Virus record (IMG/VR): IMGVR_UViG_3300020367_000003
Length of the DNA: 63,631 nt
From: an uncultured virus (IMG/VR IMGVR_UViG_3300020367_000003)
Taxonomy: Duplodnaviria > Heunggongvirae > Uroviricota > Caudoviricetes > Kyanoviridae
Direction: 5' to 3' (one strand)
Of this stretch, positions 26,454 to 35,004 are shown in pieces (position 1 is the stretch's first letter; the number at the start of each line of letters is the position of its first letter). The notes under the pieces were generated by a model. That model had not been told where the DNA came from. It searched no databases and worked only from the letters and a program-made list of their open reading frames with translations. Position numbers and translations under genes: made by a program.

Positions 26454-29400
26454 TATAAATCCTCGTTAACCTGTGTACCTTCTGTCCACGCATTCTCCTC
26501 ACTACACTCATCAAAGTATGGGTTACCATAATTCTTGATACTCTTATCTAGTGCAATAGTACCACCAGTAAGATAATTCCGCACGGTCATAGTTCCATTA
26601 TACGGACCCATTAACATCCGTGCATTAGTGCCACTACCAGTCATACGCTTAGGGTTGATGGCAATAGACGCATCCATACACTTATCTAGTGCAACACAAG
26701 AGTCATATAATTGACTTGTCTGACAGAAGGTACTACCACCACCGCCATTTCCGTTCGCATCGTACTCACTATACACTACTAATGGACCGTCTGACGCAGT
26801 TACTCCACGCACATAGGTATCCCAACACTCATTTGGCGGGACTCCTCCGCTACATGACGCAACAGTAAGCTCAGTATAATCAACAGAGTGCGGAGTACCA
26901 GCAGGGTCTTGTGCGGTTGGGTGTCCTAACCATGTCTGCACTGCGGCTGCACTGGTAATATTCTGCCCTGCCCACATTTGTAACTGCTCTAGCTCTGTAA
27001 AGTTACTCCTATTATAGTCGTAAGTATTCTCATCCAAACCTACTGGCACAAATACAATGTCATTAGGGTCACTAGGGTCACGGTAACACCTACCAGGTAC
27101 ATTACCACGTCTACAATTCCAACATCTATTGTTTGTTGGTGTAGGTCTCTTCTGTTGTAGATGCGGAGTAGGTAAACTCTGTATGAAATCCATACACGCA
27201 CCACCTTGACTACCAGTTATACGTCCCTCACAACTAAGTGATACTCTAAAGGTTGCATCCTTCTGCTCAGAACCACAGTATTTAAAGGGTAGATAACCAA
27301 ATGCCTTCTGCTCACCTGCCTCGTTAGCATCCAAATATGCACATGGCATATCAAACCAACGAGTTATGTTGTAAAGTTTAGGTTGTCTTACCTCAATACA
27401 CCTCTGTTTACCAAATGGACCGTATAAGTGGGAGACATTCTCTGAGTATTGGTCTACTTGAGCAGTGCCACTATATGCATATGGCATCACTTCCTTCTCA
27501 AATAGTCCTATACCGTTTGGATCTGCTCCAGATATGATTTCAAACTGGGTTTCATCAGGCATAGCATCAGAAATATAACCCTTAGCATCTACATTAATAC
27601 ATTCTGCGGGTATATTCATGCATAATTTGGTTACATCGTCGTCTACACCGTCACTAGCTGCCCTTACATAGGAGTCTGGTACCTCAACATAGACAGATGA
27701 TCCTGAATTTTCTCCCTGTGGGGAGACTCCCATGGAAGATCCGATGATTCCCATGGTTTCTTTGTCAAATGTAGATGAAATTGGTTGCACATCTCCATCC
27801 GTAAACTCGTGATTCCATGCTTCTTGCATTCCTTTCTCAGTCGCAGCTATCTCATCCTGAGATGCGTCCTCTGATACCTTAATTTTCTCTGGTTGTACTA
27901 TCATTACGGTAGGAACATTCGCTTGGTTGTATCCTGCACCACCATCTACGACTCTTACACGCTTAATTGTACCTGCTTCGTCTATTTTCTCTACTTCTAC
28001 GACTGCTTTTTTCAGTTTATAGAGCTCATTATTCTTATCTTTACTCAAATCCACGATTCCGCTATGCGTTCCATACGCTTTTACAGCAGATTCCATGTTT
28101 TTACGCTTAAATCCTTTCTCTGTGCGACTATTACCGAGTGCTTTATCGTAATCCGTGTCACTATTAATACTATTTTCCATAAAATCTGCTGTATCCGTAG
28201 CAGAGAAGTTATCCATTTCCCTCGGATGCGTTAATTCTATGATTGTATCCTCTAAAACATACCCTCTACCGCCATTAACTATGTCTATTGCGACGATTGT
28301 ACCATCATCTCCGACTACAGCTCGCATTTCTGCCTCATCCATCTTACGATGAGGTATCAAAGCCTGTGGATCTACCTCTACTTTCCAGTAAGATATCTTC
28401 TTTGGAAACTCATATGTGCCACAAAACGCTGCTTTATTGGGTACACCGTAGCCAGCAAGCACTTCTATCTCCCCATTATCCGTAGAAGTGAAGGATTGTT
28501 GATAAGAAAAGGTATTTTTCGTTGCACCACTACCCTGATCCCACGTTAATTCCATTATTCCACACTTTAATTCATCACCAAAGTAGTAAACTGCGTCAAT
28601 ATCCCACCCATTTATCTTATCTCCACGGTTAAAGTCACCTGTACGGGTAACATAACGGAAGAATAGTGTAGTAGAATCAGTTCCTATAGTCCAGAATGAC
28701 TCTTTTACACCCGTACTACTCTCATCATGTATGGAAATCTCTGTTTTTGTAGTCTCCCATGAGTCTGATTGTATCTCATAGAAGTGAGAATGGTACGTCC
28801 ATACTGGTGCACACTGCGGACAACCCTCTGGGTCAGTAGTATTTGGACAACATTTCGCATTTGAGAGGATATACTGTGTAGAAAAGATAGGACCATTCCA
28901 TGGGAAGGAGGTATCAAACAAATAAAAGACGAATTGAGCATCATACATGTCCTCAAAACCGAGGAATCTAGGCACAGCACCCTTTACAGCACCAGATAAA
29001 CCATAAGCCCATTCAAATTGAGCATCATTAGATAGCATATCTACGTTATCTGGGTTACCCCAACCGTTAACAGCAGGTGGACCCTCTACTGCATTACTGT
29101 TTGAGTCACGCATTTGCCTATACATGAACTCAGACCACCCTCCAGAACCCCATCCAGACTCACCATAGGAGTATTGGTCATCATCAGTGTAGTCATACCA
29201 ACCACTCTTGTTAAGAGTTTGCCCTGTTGGACCTATTTTACCTACATCTACTATAGTATCGGTAGGTGCATCTCTAGGAGGTTCAGCAAATACCCAACAC
29301 AAAATGCCTAGGTAGGAGTATTCTCCACCATAGGCATGTTTAGGTGCTATAGGACCACCACTAAGATTAACTTCATTAGCAGGGTCTATTGTATAGAAAT

Positions 29401-30064
29401 GGTCTGGGTCAGGATGTAGATACTCATATAGAGGGACAGGAGTCTCTCCACCACTACAGTATGCTAATGCATCTGCTTCTGAAGTAAAGGCATATCCTAA
29501 CTTACCAGTATTAAAGTATTTGTTTCTTCCACAACCTACTCCGTTTAATCCAGTAGGGACATTACCTCCTACGGTCAGTTGTGAATCGTCAGGCCAGTGA
29601 CTGTAATAGGTATTGAGTGGCACACTATTAGGTACCTGCTCTCTCATTACATAGAATACAGGTGTCCCTTGCCTAGGTTCTGAGTTATATCCTCCTGCTG
29701 CTGTCCTCCAAGACTCATTCTCGCAACCGAAGTCTGATTTCTTTTGTTGAGGGTCTTGTGTATACATGTGGTCATCTTTGACCCCTCTATACCATCTATA
29801 GACTCCTCTTCTTTCCCCACCACCACTGGTAACATTAGTAGGGTCATCATCACCAATATAATGGACAATATCTTTGCCCATAGGCATAGTACCTGGACCA
29901 GCACCCTCAAAGGTGATACTATAGTCCATACCGCTACCTACATCAGGGTAATCTCCATGAGTAGTATACTCACCTGATGAAGGACGTTTAAAGACTTGGT
30001 TAAAACCACCGCCTTTAGTAGGATTCGGAAAACTTCGACCTGTTTCCTGAATATAAGCTGGCAC
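26453..30064 (-). CDS. Large virion structural protein, 1203 aa
   Basis: Repeated VYRWY..DHMYT / PLYEY..DHFYT (DUF5648-like) segments and IVNGGRGY / VVDGGAGY motifs also seen in the gp7-like protein. Confidence 0.7.
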   Translation of the reverse strand: MPAYIQETGRSFPNPTKGGGFNQVFKRPSSGEYTTHGDYPDVGSGMDYSITFEGAGPGTMPMGKDIVHYIGDDDPTNVTSGGGERRGVYRWYRGVKDDHMYTQDPQQKKSDFGCENESWRTAAGGYNSEPRQGTPVFYVMREQVPNSVPLNTYYSHWPDDSQLTVGGNVPTGLNGVGCGRNKYFNTGKLGYAFTSEADALAYCSGGETPVPLYEYLHPDPDHFYTIDPANEVNLSGGPIAPKHAYGGEYSYLGILCWVFAEPPRDAPTDTIVDVGKIGPTGQTLNKSGWYDYTDDDQYSYGESGWGSGGWSEFMYRQMRDSNSNAVEGPPAVNGWGNPDNVDMLSNDAQFEWAYGLSGAVKGAVPRFLGFEDMYDAQFVFYLFDTSFPWNGPIFSTQYILSNAKCCPNTTDPEGCPQCAPVWTYHSHFYEIQSDSWETTKTEISIHDESSTGVKESFWTIGTDSTTLFFRYVTRTGDFNRGDKINGWDIDAVYYFGDELKCGIMELTWDQGSGATKNTFSYQQSFTSTDNGEIEVLAGYGVPNKAAFCGTYEFPKKISYWKVEVDPQALIPHRKMDEAEMRAVVGDDGTIVAIDIVNGGRGYVLEDTIIELTHPREMDNFSATDTADFMENSINSDTDYDKALGNSRTEKGFKRKNMESAVKAYGTHSGIVDLSKDKNNELYKLKKAVVEVEKIDEAGTIKRVRVVDGGAGYNQANVPTVMIVQPEKIKVSEDASQDEIAATEKGMQEAWNHEFTDGDVQPISSTFDKETMGIIGSSMGVSPQGENSGSSVYVEVPDSYVRAASDGVDDDVTKLCMNIPAECINVDAKGYISDAMPDETQFEIISGADPNGIGLFEKEVMPYAYSGTAQVDQYSENVSHLYGPFGKQRCIEVRQPKLYNITRWFDMPCAYLDANEAGEQKAFGYLPFKYCGSEQKDATFRVSLSCEGRITGSQGGACMDFIQSLPTPHLQQKRPTPTNNRCWNCRRGNVPGRCYRDPSDPNDIVFVPVGLDENTYDYNRSNFTELEQLQMWAGQNITSAAAVQTWLGHPTAQDPAGTPHSVDYTELTVASCSGGVPPNECWDTYVRGVTASDGPLVVYSEYDANGNGGGGSTFCQTSQLYDSCVALDKCMDASIAINPKRMTGSGTNARMLMGPYNGTMTVRNYLTGGTIALDKSIKNYGNPYFDECSEENAWTEGTQVNEDL

Positions 30065-30312
30065 TACGTTTTACTATTATTCTCTAAGGTATTTATCCTC
30101 TTATACAGATTATCAAATAACTCTTTCAAATTAGAGTAGGAGTCATCACCTGGGACTTTATACTTAATCATATCAGCACCAGGGGGAGGCATTTTACCTA
30201 TTGCCCCCTCTAAAGCTTCTATTCTACTGGATAGATTCTTTATTGCTTCACTTATATTTTGTAATGCCCAAGCGATGAATTCCTCATCACTGTTAAACTT
30301 TGGAGTTTCCAC
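30064..30312 (-). CDS. Hypothetical coiled-coil protein
   Basis: 82 aa ORF abutting the downstream gene. Confidence 0.7.
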   Translation of the reverse strand: METPKFNSDEEFIAWALQNISEAIKNLSSRIEALEGAIGKMPPPGADMIKYKVPGDDSYSNLKELFDNLYKRINTLENNSKT

Positions 30313-30403
30313 GACGATTTTTTTATTTTTTTCAAACGCTAATTTTTTACCAAGTTGATGATATTACATACAACCAGTATAGTTAGCATTATTTGATTAT
30401 ATC

Positions 30404-30568
30404 TCATTCTTCACTTTTAATCAAGATAACAGACCCATCGGTCTCTTCTTCATATTCTAGCACATCTCCTGCTTTCCATCCACATTCATCCATTAAATCC
30501 TGTGGTATGTTAACATAACAATCACCGTCGTAGGTCTCCTCTATCTGTAAAGTAAACCTTTTGCTCAT
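30404..30568 (-). CDS. AbrB/MazE/SpoVT-like small DNA-binding protein, 54 aa
   Basis: MSKRFTLQIEETYDGDCYVNIPQDLMDECGWKAGDVLEYEEETDGSVILIKSEE; IP..L..GW..GD.L pattern. Confidence 0.7.
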   Translation of the reverse strand: MSKRFTLQIEETYDGDCYVNIPQDLMDECGWKAGDVLEYEEETDGSVILIKSEE

Positions 30569-30593
30569 TAACTTATTATTCAGTTGTCTATTG

Positions 30594-31073
30594 CTATGTA
30601 GTGTTATTCCTAACTACACCTACACAAGATGTCTGATATATCTTACATCCACTACTTTTCATGTCTACTATCTGACTTAACTCCTTATATGGTTGATGTA
30701 GCATATAACCATCACCTAGGTAAGCAGCACCATGATTAGGTATACGCTCATTCTCTGGAGTAACAATCCTACCTTCCTGTGTATATAACCTAAACAATAA
30801 TAGGTCATCCTTCTGTAGGTTTGTAAAGTCTAATTCCTCACCCCATGTAGGTTTCTCTATCCATAGACCATTTGCCTGTGCTACAGCGTCATCTGCGAAT
30901 GACTGGTAGACCCCTGAGAAGTTAGGTAGGTCGAGGTCTAATTGTGCCTTAGCGTATTTCTGTATAATATCGTAACACCCTGGATACCTACGAGCAGGCC
31001 ATGGGAGACCTACCAAATCCTTATAGGTTTCTTGCAGGGCGATTTTCTTTTCTTGTCTAGGGTTTAAAACCAT
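30594..31073 (-). CDS. NlpC/P60 family peptidase (tail assembly K-like)
   Basis: GCYDII catalytic Cys and NHGAAYLGDGYMLHQ His pair. Confidence 0.8.
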   Translation of the reverse strand: MVLNPRQEKKIALQETYKDLVGLPWPARRYPGCYDIIQKYAKAQLDLDLPNFSGVYQSFADDAVAQANGLWIEKPTWGEELDFTNLQKDDLLLFRLYTQEGRIVTPENERIPNHGAAYLGDGYMLHQPYKELSQIVDMKSSGCKIYQTSCVGVVRNNTT

Positions 31074-31221
31074 ACTGGAGAAATTTTTTACTGGGAAAAT
31101 TTTTTGATATCGATGGTATACTTTTGTAGGTTAGCATTTATCGATTTTTTAATATACACATACACACAGAAATTAACTGTCTTAATTGTTAATAACTGTG
31201 TGCATACTATGTGTTAATTAG

Positions 31222-31413
31222 TCATGCTAATTGCACGTCATAACATATACCCTCAGCGATGTAATAGTCGCATAGTTGTTGATACTGTAATAACTCATTA
31301 TGTAGGTCACAATCTATTAAGAACTGTGCCATCTCTATTTGTAAATCAGGGGGTAATAATCCCTCATCGTATGTGTTAAGTAATAACTGCAATTTGTGTG
31401 GAATTGTTGTCAT
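31222..31413 (-). CDS. Hypothetical protein
   Basis: 63 aa ORF, ATGA overlap with the upstream ORF. Confidence 0.7.
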   Translation of the reverse strand: MTTIPHKLQLLLNTYDEGLLPPDLQIEMAQFLIDCDLHNELLQYQQLCDYYIAEGICYDVQLA

Positions 31414-31580
31414 GAATCACTAGAGAATTGGGTTGCGTCAAGTAATGCTAATTTCTCAGATTTAAATGGTCCGTTCTTACTATTTCCTGGGTAATCGTAT
31501 GCCCAAAAGTGTTTAGAACCGTGTGACCACAATTTAACATTTACTGGTGGAATTGTCTGAATAGTTGTTATTTTAGACAT
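31410..31580 (-). CDS. Hypothetical protein
   Basis: Likely start MSKITT at 31580. Confidence 0.6.
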   Translation of the reverse strand: MSKITTIQTIPPVNVKLWSHGSKHFWAYDYPGNSKNGPFKSEKLALLDATQFSSDS

Positions 31581-31620
31581 AGCAAAAAAGGGCAATGCGG
31601 GGCATAGTATAGGGGGGCAA

Positions 31621-31773
31621 TTAGGGGCGGGGTTTGTAATACTTTTCCACATTATTGTGCGGATTGTTGTTAGTAACTCCTTTGAACTTAGTGTTGGATT
31701 GTTTTCTCTTTTCTCTCAAACTTTTCGCCTTATGTGATGAATAAGGGTCATTACGTTTGTAAGATCTTCCCAT
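31621..31773 (-). CDS. Small basic hypothetical protein
   Basis: MGRSYKRNDPY.. downstream of a consensus sigma70 promoter. Confidence 0.65.
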   Translation of the reverse strand: MGRSYKRNDPYSSHKAKSLREKRKQSNTKFKGVTNNNPHNNVEKYYKPRP

Positions 31774-31794
31774 TGTAATTGTGCTTACATTGTT

Positions 31795-31823
31795 ATTATA
31801 TAGGAAAAAATGTGTCATGTCAA
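31795..31823 (-). promoter_or_regulatory. Consensus sigma70 (early) promoter
   Basis: TTGACA (31823-31818), 17 nt spacer, TATAAT (31800-31795). Confidence 0.85.
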
Positions 31824-31859
31824 GGTGTTAGCGAAGATTGACATATTTCTCCATAGTTG

Positions 31860-31888
31860 TTGACAAAAAAATCTCGCTATGTTACGCT
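31860..31888 (+). promoter_or_regulatory. Divergent sigma70-like promoter with no obvious ORF downstream
   Basis: TTGACA (31860-65), 17 nt spacer, TGn-TACGCT (31883-88). Confidence 0.55.
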
Positions 31889-31972
31889 CTAAGATAACAC
31901 TAACTAGAGTCAATATTATCATCGTTAAATAACACATACCTATGTTTAATTAACCATTTAAAATATACACTA

Positions 31973-32005
31973 TTTTCCACAAGTATGTCCGCTAATTGTG
32001 GAAAA
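31973..32005. promoter_or_regulatory. Inverted pair of DnaA-box-like 9-mers TTTTCCACA
   Basis: TTTTCCACA 31973-31981 and TGTGGAAAA 31997-32005; a third copy at 31643-31651. Confidence 0.55.
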
Positions 32006-32033
32006 CTCCCTTGCATGTGTGGTGAGATTGTTA

Positions 32034-32363
32034 TCATCTTATATACAAATATCCTCCTGCCCAATCACATTTAGTGAAGCAAATCTCTGGATTAGTTAAT
32101 AAGTTATACCTCACATGTTTAGCAGGTTTATTCCAACTAGCAGGTTTAAATACGTCACCATTGTTTACATCTACAAAGGCATGAACGCTGTTGTCAAATA
32201 TTAGTTTCCAATACTTTTTACCTTTTTTAACTTCACAATTAATGACTCTATAATCATATGATTGTTTATAACTAGCATCTACACATTTTGCAAGTTTATA
32301 TACATTTTGCTCTACAACTTGTGTGTTGTTTATGTTATCAATTAGAGTGGAAAGTTTGGTCAT
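32034..32363 (-). CDS. Conserved phage hypothetical protein
   Basis: SVHAFVD..GDVFKPASWNKPAKHVRYNL motif. Confidence 0.8.
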   Translation of the reverse strand: MTKLSTLIDNINNTQVVEQNVYKLAKCVDASYKQSYDYRVINCEVKKGKKYWKLIFDNSVHAFVDVNNGDVFKPASWNKPAKHVRYNLLTNPEICFTKCDWAGGYLYIR

Positions 32364-32545
32364 TTGATTAATAAAAAATTTGGCGATCTGTGAGTGATTT
32401 GTTAATACTTAGTGTTTAATCATTAAGTATTGAAATCTTTCTACTTCTAGGGGGATTGTAAACACTTTGTGGTTTGCGTGTTACTGTTTGATAGATTTTG
32501 AGTAATGTGTCTGATTTTAGGTAAGAAGTAGGAAGTTGTAACATT

Positions 32546-32713
32546 TTAGGATACTTGATTAGGAAAATTGGTGTCTAGCATGTCTTGATATTGTCTTACT
32601 TGAGATGGTGACATATCATTAACAAATCCGTAAACTATCATATCTAAAATTCCTTCGTGATTAGATGCGATGTTATAAAGGTCTGTCTGTAGTTTGTTTG
32701 AAGCATTTGGCAT
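32546..32713 (-). CDS. Hypothetical protein, 55 aa
   Basis: MPNASNKLQTDLYNIASNHEG.., read manually. Confidence 0.55.
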   Translation of the reverse strand: MPNASNKLQTDLYNIASNHEGILDMIVYGFVNDMSPSQVRQYQDMLDTNFPNQVS

Positions 32714-32733
32714 AATTTTAGAATGAATTAGGT

Positions 32734-32988
32734 TTACTGAAGTGTGAAGTTGAAATCTGAGATTAAAATATCCCTTACTCTTTCTCTGTCTAGAGAATCA
32801 CCACCGCCCCAAGTGTAGAAAGATCCTGCGGATGCGGTTTCCAGTTTAGCAATATAAACTTTGATTGCTTGATAAATTTCATGTTTGGTTACCATCCTGT
32901 TATCCTTAACAAGTGGGTAAAGGACATCATCAGGACATCCGTAGAATGAAAAAATGTAATCAATGAATTGCTTTAATACTGGATTCAT
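32734..32988 (-). CDS. Hypothetical protein
   Basis: 84 aa ORF with WGGGDSLDRERVRDI motif, downstream of a motif promoter. Confidence 0.75.
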   Translation of the reverse strand: MNPVLKQFIDYIFSFYGCPDDVLYPLVKDNRMVTKHEIYQAIKVYIAKLETASAGSFYTWGGGDSLDRERVRDILISDFNFTLQ

Positions 32989-33014
32989 AAGGTTTGTTTG
33001 TTGTCTATACTAAT

Positions 33015-33073
33015 ATTATAATGTATTAATAGCGATTTGGTATCTTATCGTAGTCACTAATATTAGTGTCACA
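33015..33073 (-). promoter_or_regulatory. Bipartite-motif early promoter
   Basis: TGTGACAC-N7-AGTGACTA-N30-TATAAT. Confidence 0.65.
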
Positions 33074-33289
33074 TAACCTGTTGACAATTACATCTTCTTG
33101 CCTATATGCTTCTAGTTTGTCCTTTATTGTTTGATAACATTCATAATATTGCCTTTCTAGTTTATCATCAATTAATCCTATAATATCATCCCATTCTTGA
33201 TTAGTTAATCTGGGGAATTTGTTGACATTGTTGTTAACAACTGGTTTCTGTGGATTGTTGTAAACTGGACGTGGATTTAGTTTTGTCAT
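33026..33289 (-). CDS. Hypothetical protein
   Basis: 87 aa ORF in the small-gene run. Confidence 0.6.
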   Translation of the reverse strand: MTKLNPRPVYNNPQKPVVNNNVNKFPRLTNQEWDDIIGLIDDKLERQYYECYQTIKDKLEAYRQEDVIVNRLCDTNISDYDKIPNRY

Positions 33290-33318
33290 TGATAATAATG
33301 CGATTGAATGATTTAATG

Positions 33319-33504
33319 TTAATTGATTCTATCTTGTATGCAAGTTTCACTTAATTCATATAACTTATTAAGGACAATATCACAAGTTTTGTATTTATCT
33401 TGTGTCCAATTATCCTGTGCATTTTGAATACATTCCCTTACGAATTTATACTCGTTACATGTAAAATAAACAGGTAATTTGATTTCAAATTCATCACTTT
33501 GCAT
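33319..33504 (-). CDS. Hypothetical protein
   Basis: 61 aa ORF with GGAGG RBS. Confidence 0.65.
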   Translation of the reverse strand: MQSDEFEIKLPVYFTCNEYKFVRECIQNAQDNWTQDKYKTCDIVLNKLYELSETCIQDRIN

Positions 33505-33618
33505 TGTTAATCCTCCATACTAATGAATAACTCTTTATCATCTATATTATCAATTTCACTTGCAATTATCTCTAGTATTTGATAAATTGCTTCATCACTT
33601 AGTTGTGATGTAATACTT

Positions 33619-33831
33619 TTATTCTTCATCAATTACCTCCAATTCTTTATAATTATGACACATAATCCTTGTGCCGAAAGTATCATTAATTAAGATGGTT
33701 CTGTTGCTGTTTGGTGTATAACCTTTAGCGTCAGTTTCACCTTTAATGTAGTTAATTAAGACATAGTAAATAATGCCCTTAAATAACACTAAATCGCCTA
33801 ATCCTATGTCGTATGGTGTTGAATAGTGCAT
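33619..33831 (-). CDS. Hypothetical protein
   Basis: 70 aa ORF. Confidence 0.65.
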   Translation of the reverse strand: MHYSTPYDIGLGDLVLFKGIIYYVLINYIKGETDAKGYTPNSNRTILINDTFGTRIMCHNYKELEVIDEE

Positions 33832-33834
33832 TAA

Positions 33835-34065
33835 TTATACCCCATTAAATGTTATACTACCTGCATATTCTCTCTTATTAAATATACATGCTTTGTGAAT
33901 ATCAAAGAGTAAATTCATATCTACTTCATGCCATTCTGTCCACTCTGATACATAATCCCAATAGTCAAAATCGCCTGTGCCATCTAACTTCATAGGACAT
34001 GATTTGAAGTCATAAGTATCATCTTCACACCAAAAGATACGTCCTAATGTTTCACTTTTATACAT
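33835..34065 (-). CDS. Hypothetical protein
   Basis: 76 aa ORF with GAGGTG RBS. Confidence 0.7.
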   Translation of the reverse strand: MYKSETLGRIFWCEDDTYDFKSCPMKLDGTGDFDYWDYVSEWTEWHEVDMNLLFDIHKACIFNKREYAGSITFNGV

Positions 34066-34067
34066 GA

Positions 34068-34244
34068 TTAACCCACCTCAAATTGTTGTGTTTTATCCCA
34101 TATTTCAATGTAATTGTTTAACCAAGCACGTTGATCTATGGTGAGTTGTTGATAGTAACCATACAGTAAATCGTCAGCACTAATAAACTCTAATTGCTGA
34201 CTATTACACCATGATTCTAATAAGTCTGAAAGATGATTTAACAT
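34068..34244 (-). CDS. Hypothetical protein, 58 aa
   Basis: MLNHLSDLLESWCNSQQLEFISADDLL.., read manually. Confidence 0.6.
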   Translation of the reverse strand: MLNHLSDLLESWCNSQQLEFISADDLLYGYYQQLTIDQRAWLNNYIEIWDKTQQFEVG

Positions 34245-34294
34245 GAGAGATTGTTAAGAATGAGAGGGGAATTGCACCCCTCATTATTATTTAA

Positions 34295-34402
34295 TTAACC
34301 TTGATTTGCAAGGTATGTGTCAATTAGTGCGATTAATTCGTTACCTGTTTCTGCTCTAGATAGAGATTCAACAAGAAAGTTAAATGCAACGTTGTTTGAC
34401 AT
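34295..34402 (-). CDS. Small hypothetical protein, 35 aa
   Basis: MSNNVAFNFLVESLSRAETGNELIALIDTYLANQG. Confidence 0.5.
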   Translation of the reverse strand: MSNNVAFNFLVESLSRAETGNELIALIDTYLANQG

Positions 34403-34479
34403 TTTGTAATAAGCAAAGGGACAAAATACTGGACTTACATTATATTAAATGCCAGTAAAAACTCAGGTGAGAGCAGGGT

Positions 34480-34794
34480 TTATGCTGCTTCCATACCTGA
34501 GAAAAATGGGACTGTGCCAACTTTGCTTGAGTTGTAATACCAAGTCCAATCTCTTTGAAATACACCACCGTTAGGTGTTACTGCCTGTAATAGTGCATTT
34601 AATCTAGATTTGGTTGTAACTGATTGCCAACCACCATCGAAGATTTGGACGAAATTGTCACCAACTCTAGCGATTAAATTTCCATGAAGTCTGACTTCAG
34701 CGATTCTGTCATTGATGTTTACAGTTGTATTTGACTTGCTGAAGTTGTAACGATTTGTTACTGCTGCATTCATTTCTGATTCAATTTTACGCAT
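34480..34794 (-). CDS. Conserved cyanophage hypothetical protein
   Basis: MRKIESEM..LHGNLIA..DGGWQSVTTKSRLNALL. Confidence 0.8.
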   Translation of the reverse strand: MRKIESEMNAAVTNRYNFSKSNTTVNINDRIAEVRLHGNLIARVGDNFVQIFDGGWQSVTTKSRLNALLQAVTPNGGVFQRDWTWYYNSSKVGTVPFFSGMEAA

Positions 34795-34922
34795 GTTAAG
34801 AGAGAAGTAAAGATTTACAAAGGTGAGAGAAACAAAATCCCAGATGTCTGACTCTATGCTAACCTGTTTACCAAGTGGATAATTAAGAGTCTCAGGGATG
34901 GGATTTCGTTTCCCATATTCTT

Positions 34923-34980
34923 ATTATAACCGATTTCCGCACCTTGTCCGCATTTAGTGGACACTTTGTGCGGTGGCACA
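34923..34980 (-). promoter_or_regulatory. Bipartite-motif early promoter
   Basis: TGTGCCAC-N7-AGTGTCCA-N29-TATAAT. Confidence 0.65.
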
Positions 34981-35004
34981 CGTACTGGTTGCGGTTTACA
35001 CATT

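Noticed and set aside
25900..31100. Impression of altered base or codon composition suggesting foreign origin
   Set aside because: I cannot quantify this by eye, and the genes fit the baseplate module
34255..34290. tRNA gene
   Set aside because: Only a T-arm-like hairpin is present, with no D arm or anticodon arm; I saw no tRNA elsewhere in the window
34836..34900. Hammerhead ribozyme suggested by CUGAGA
   Set aside because: It lacks the CUGANGA plus GAAA core in the required arrangement
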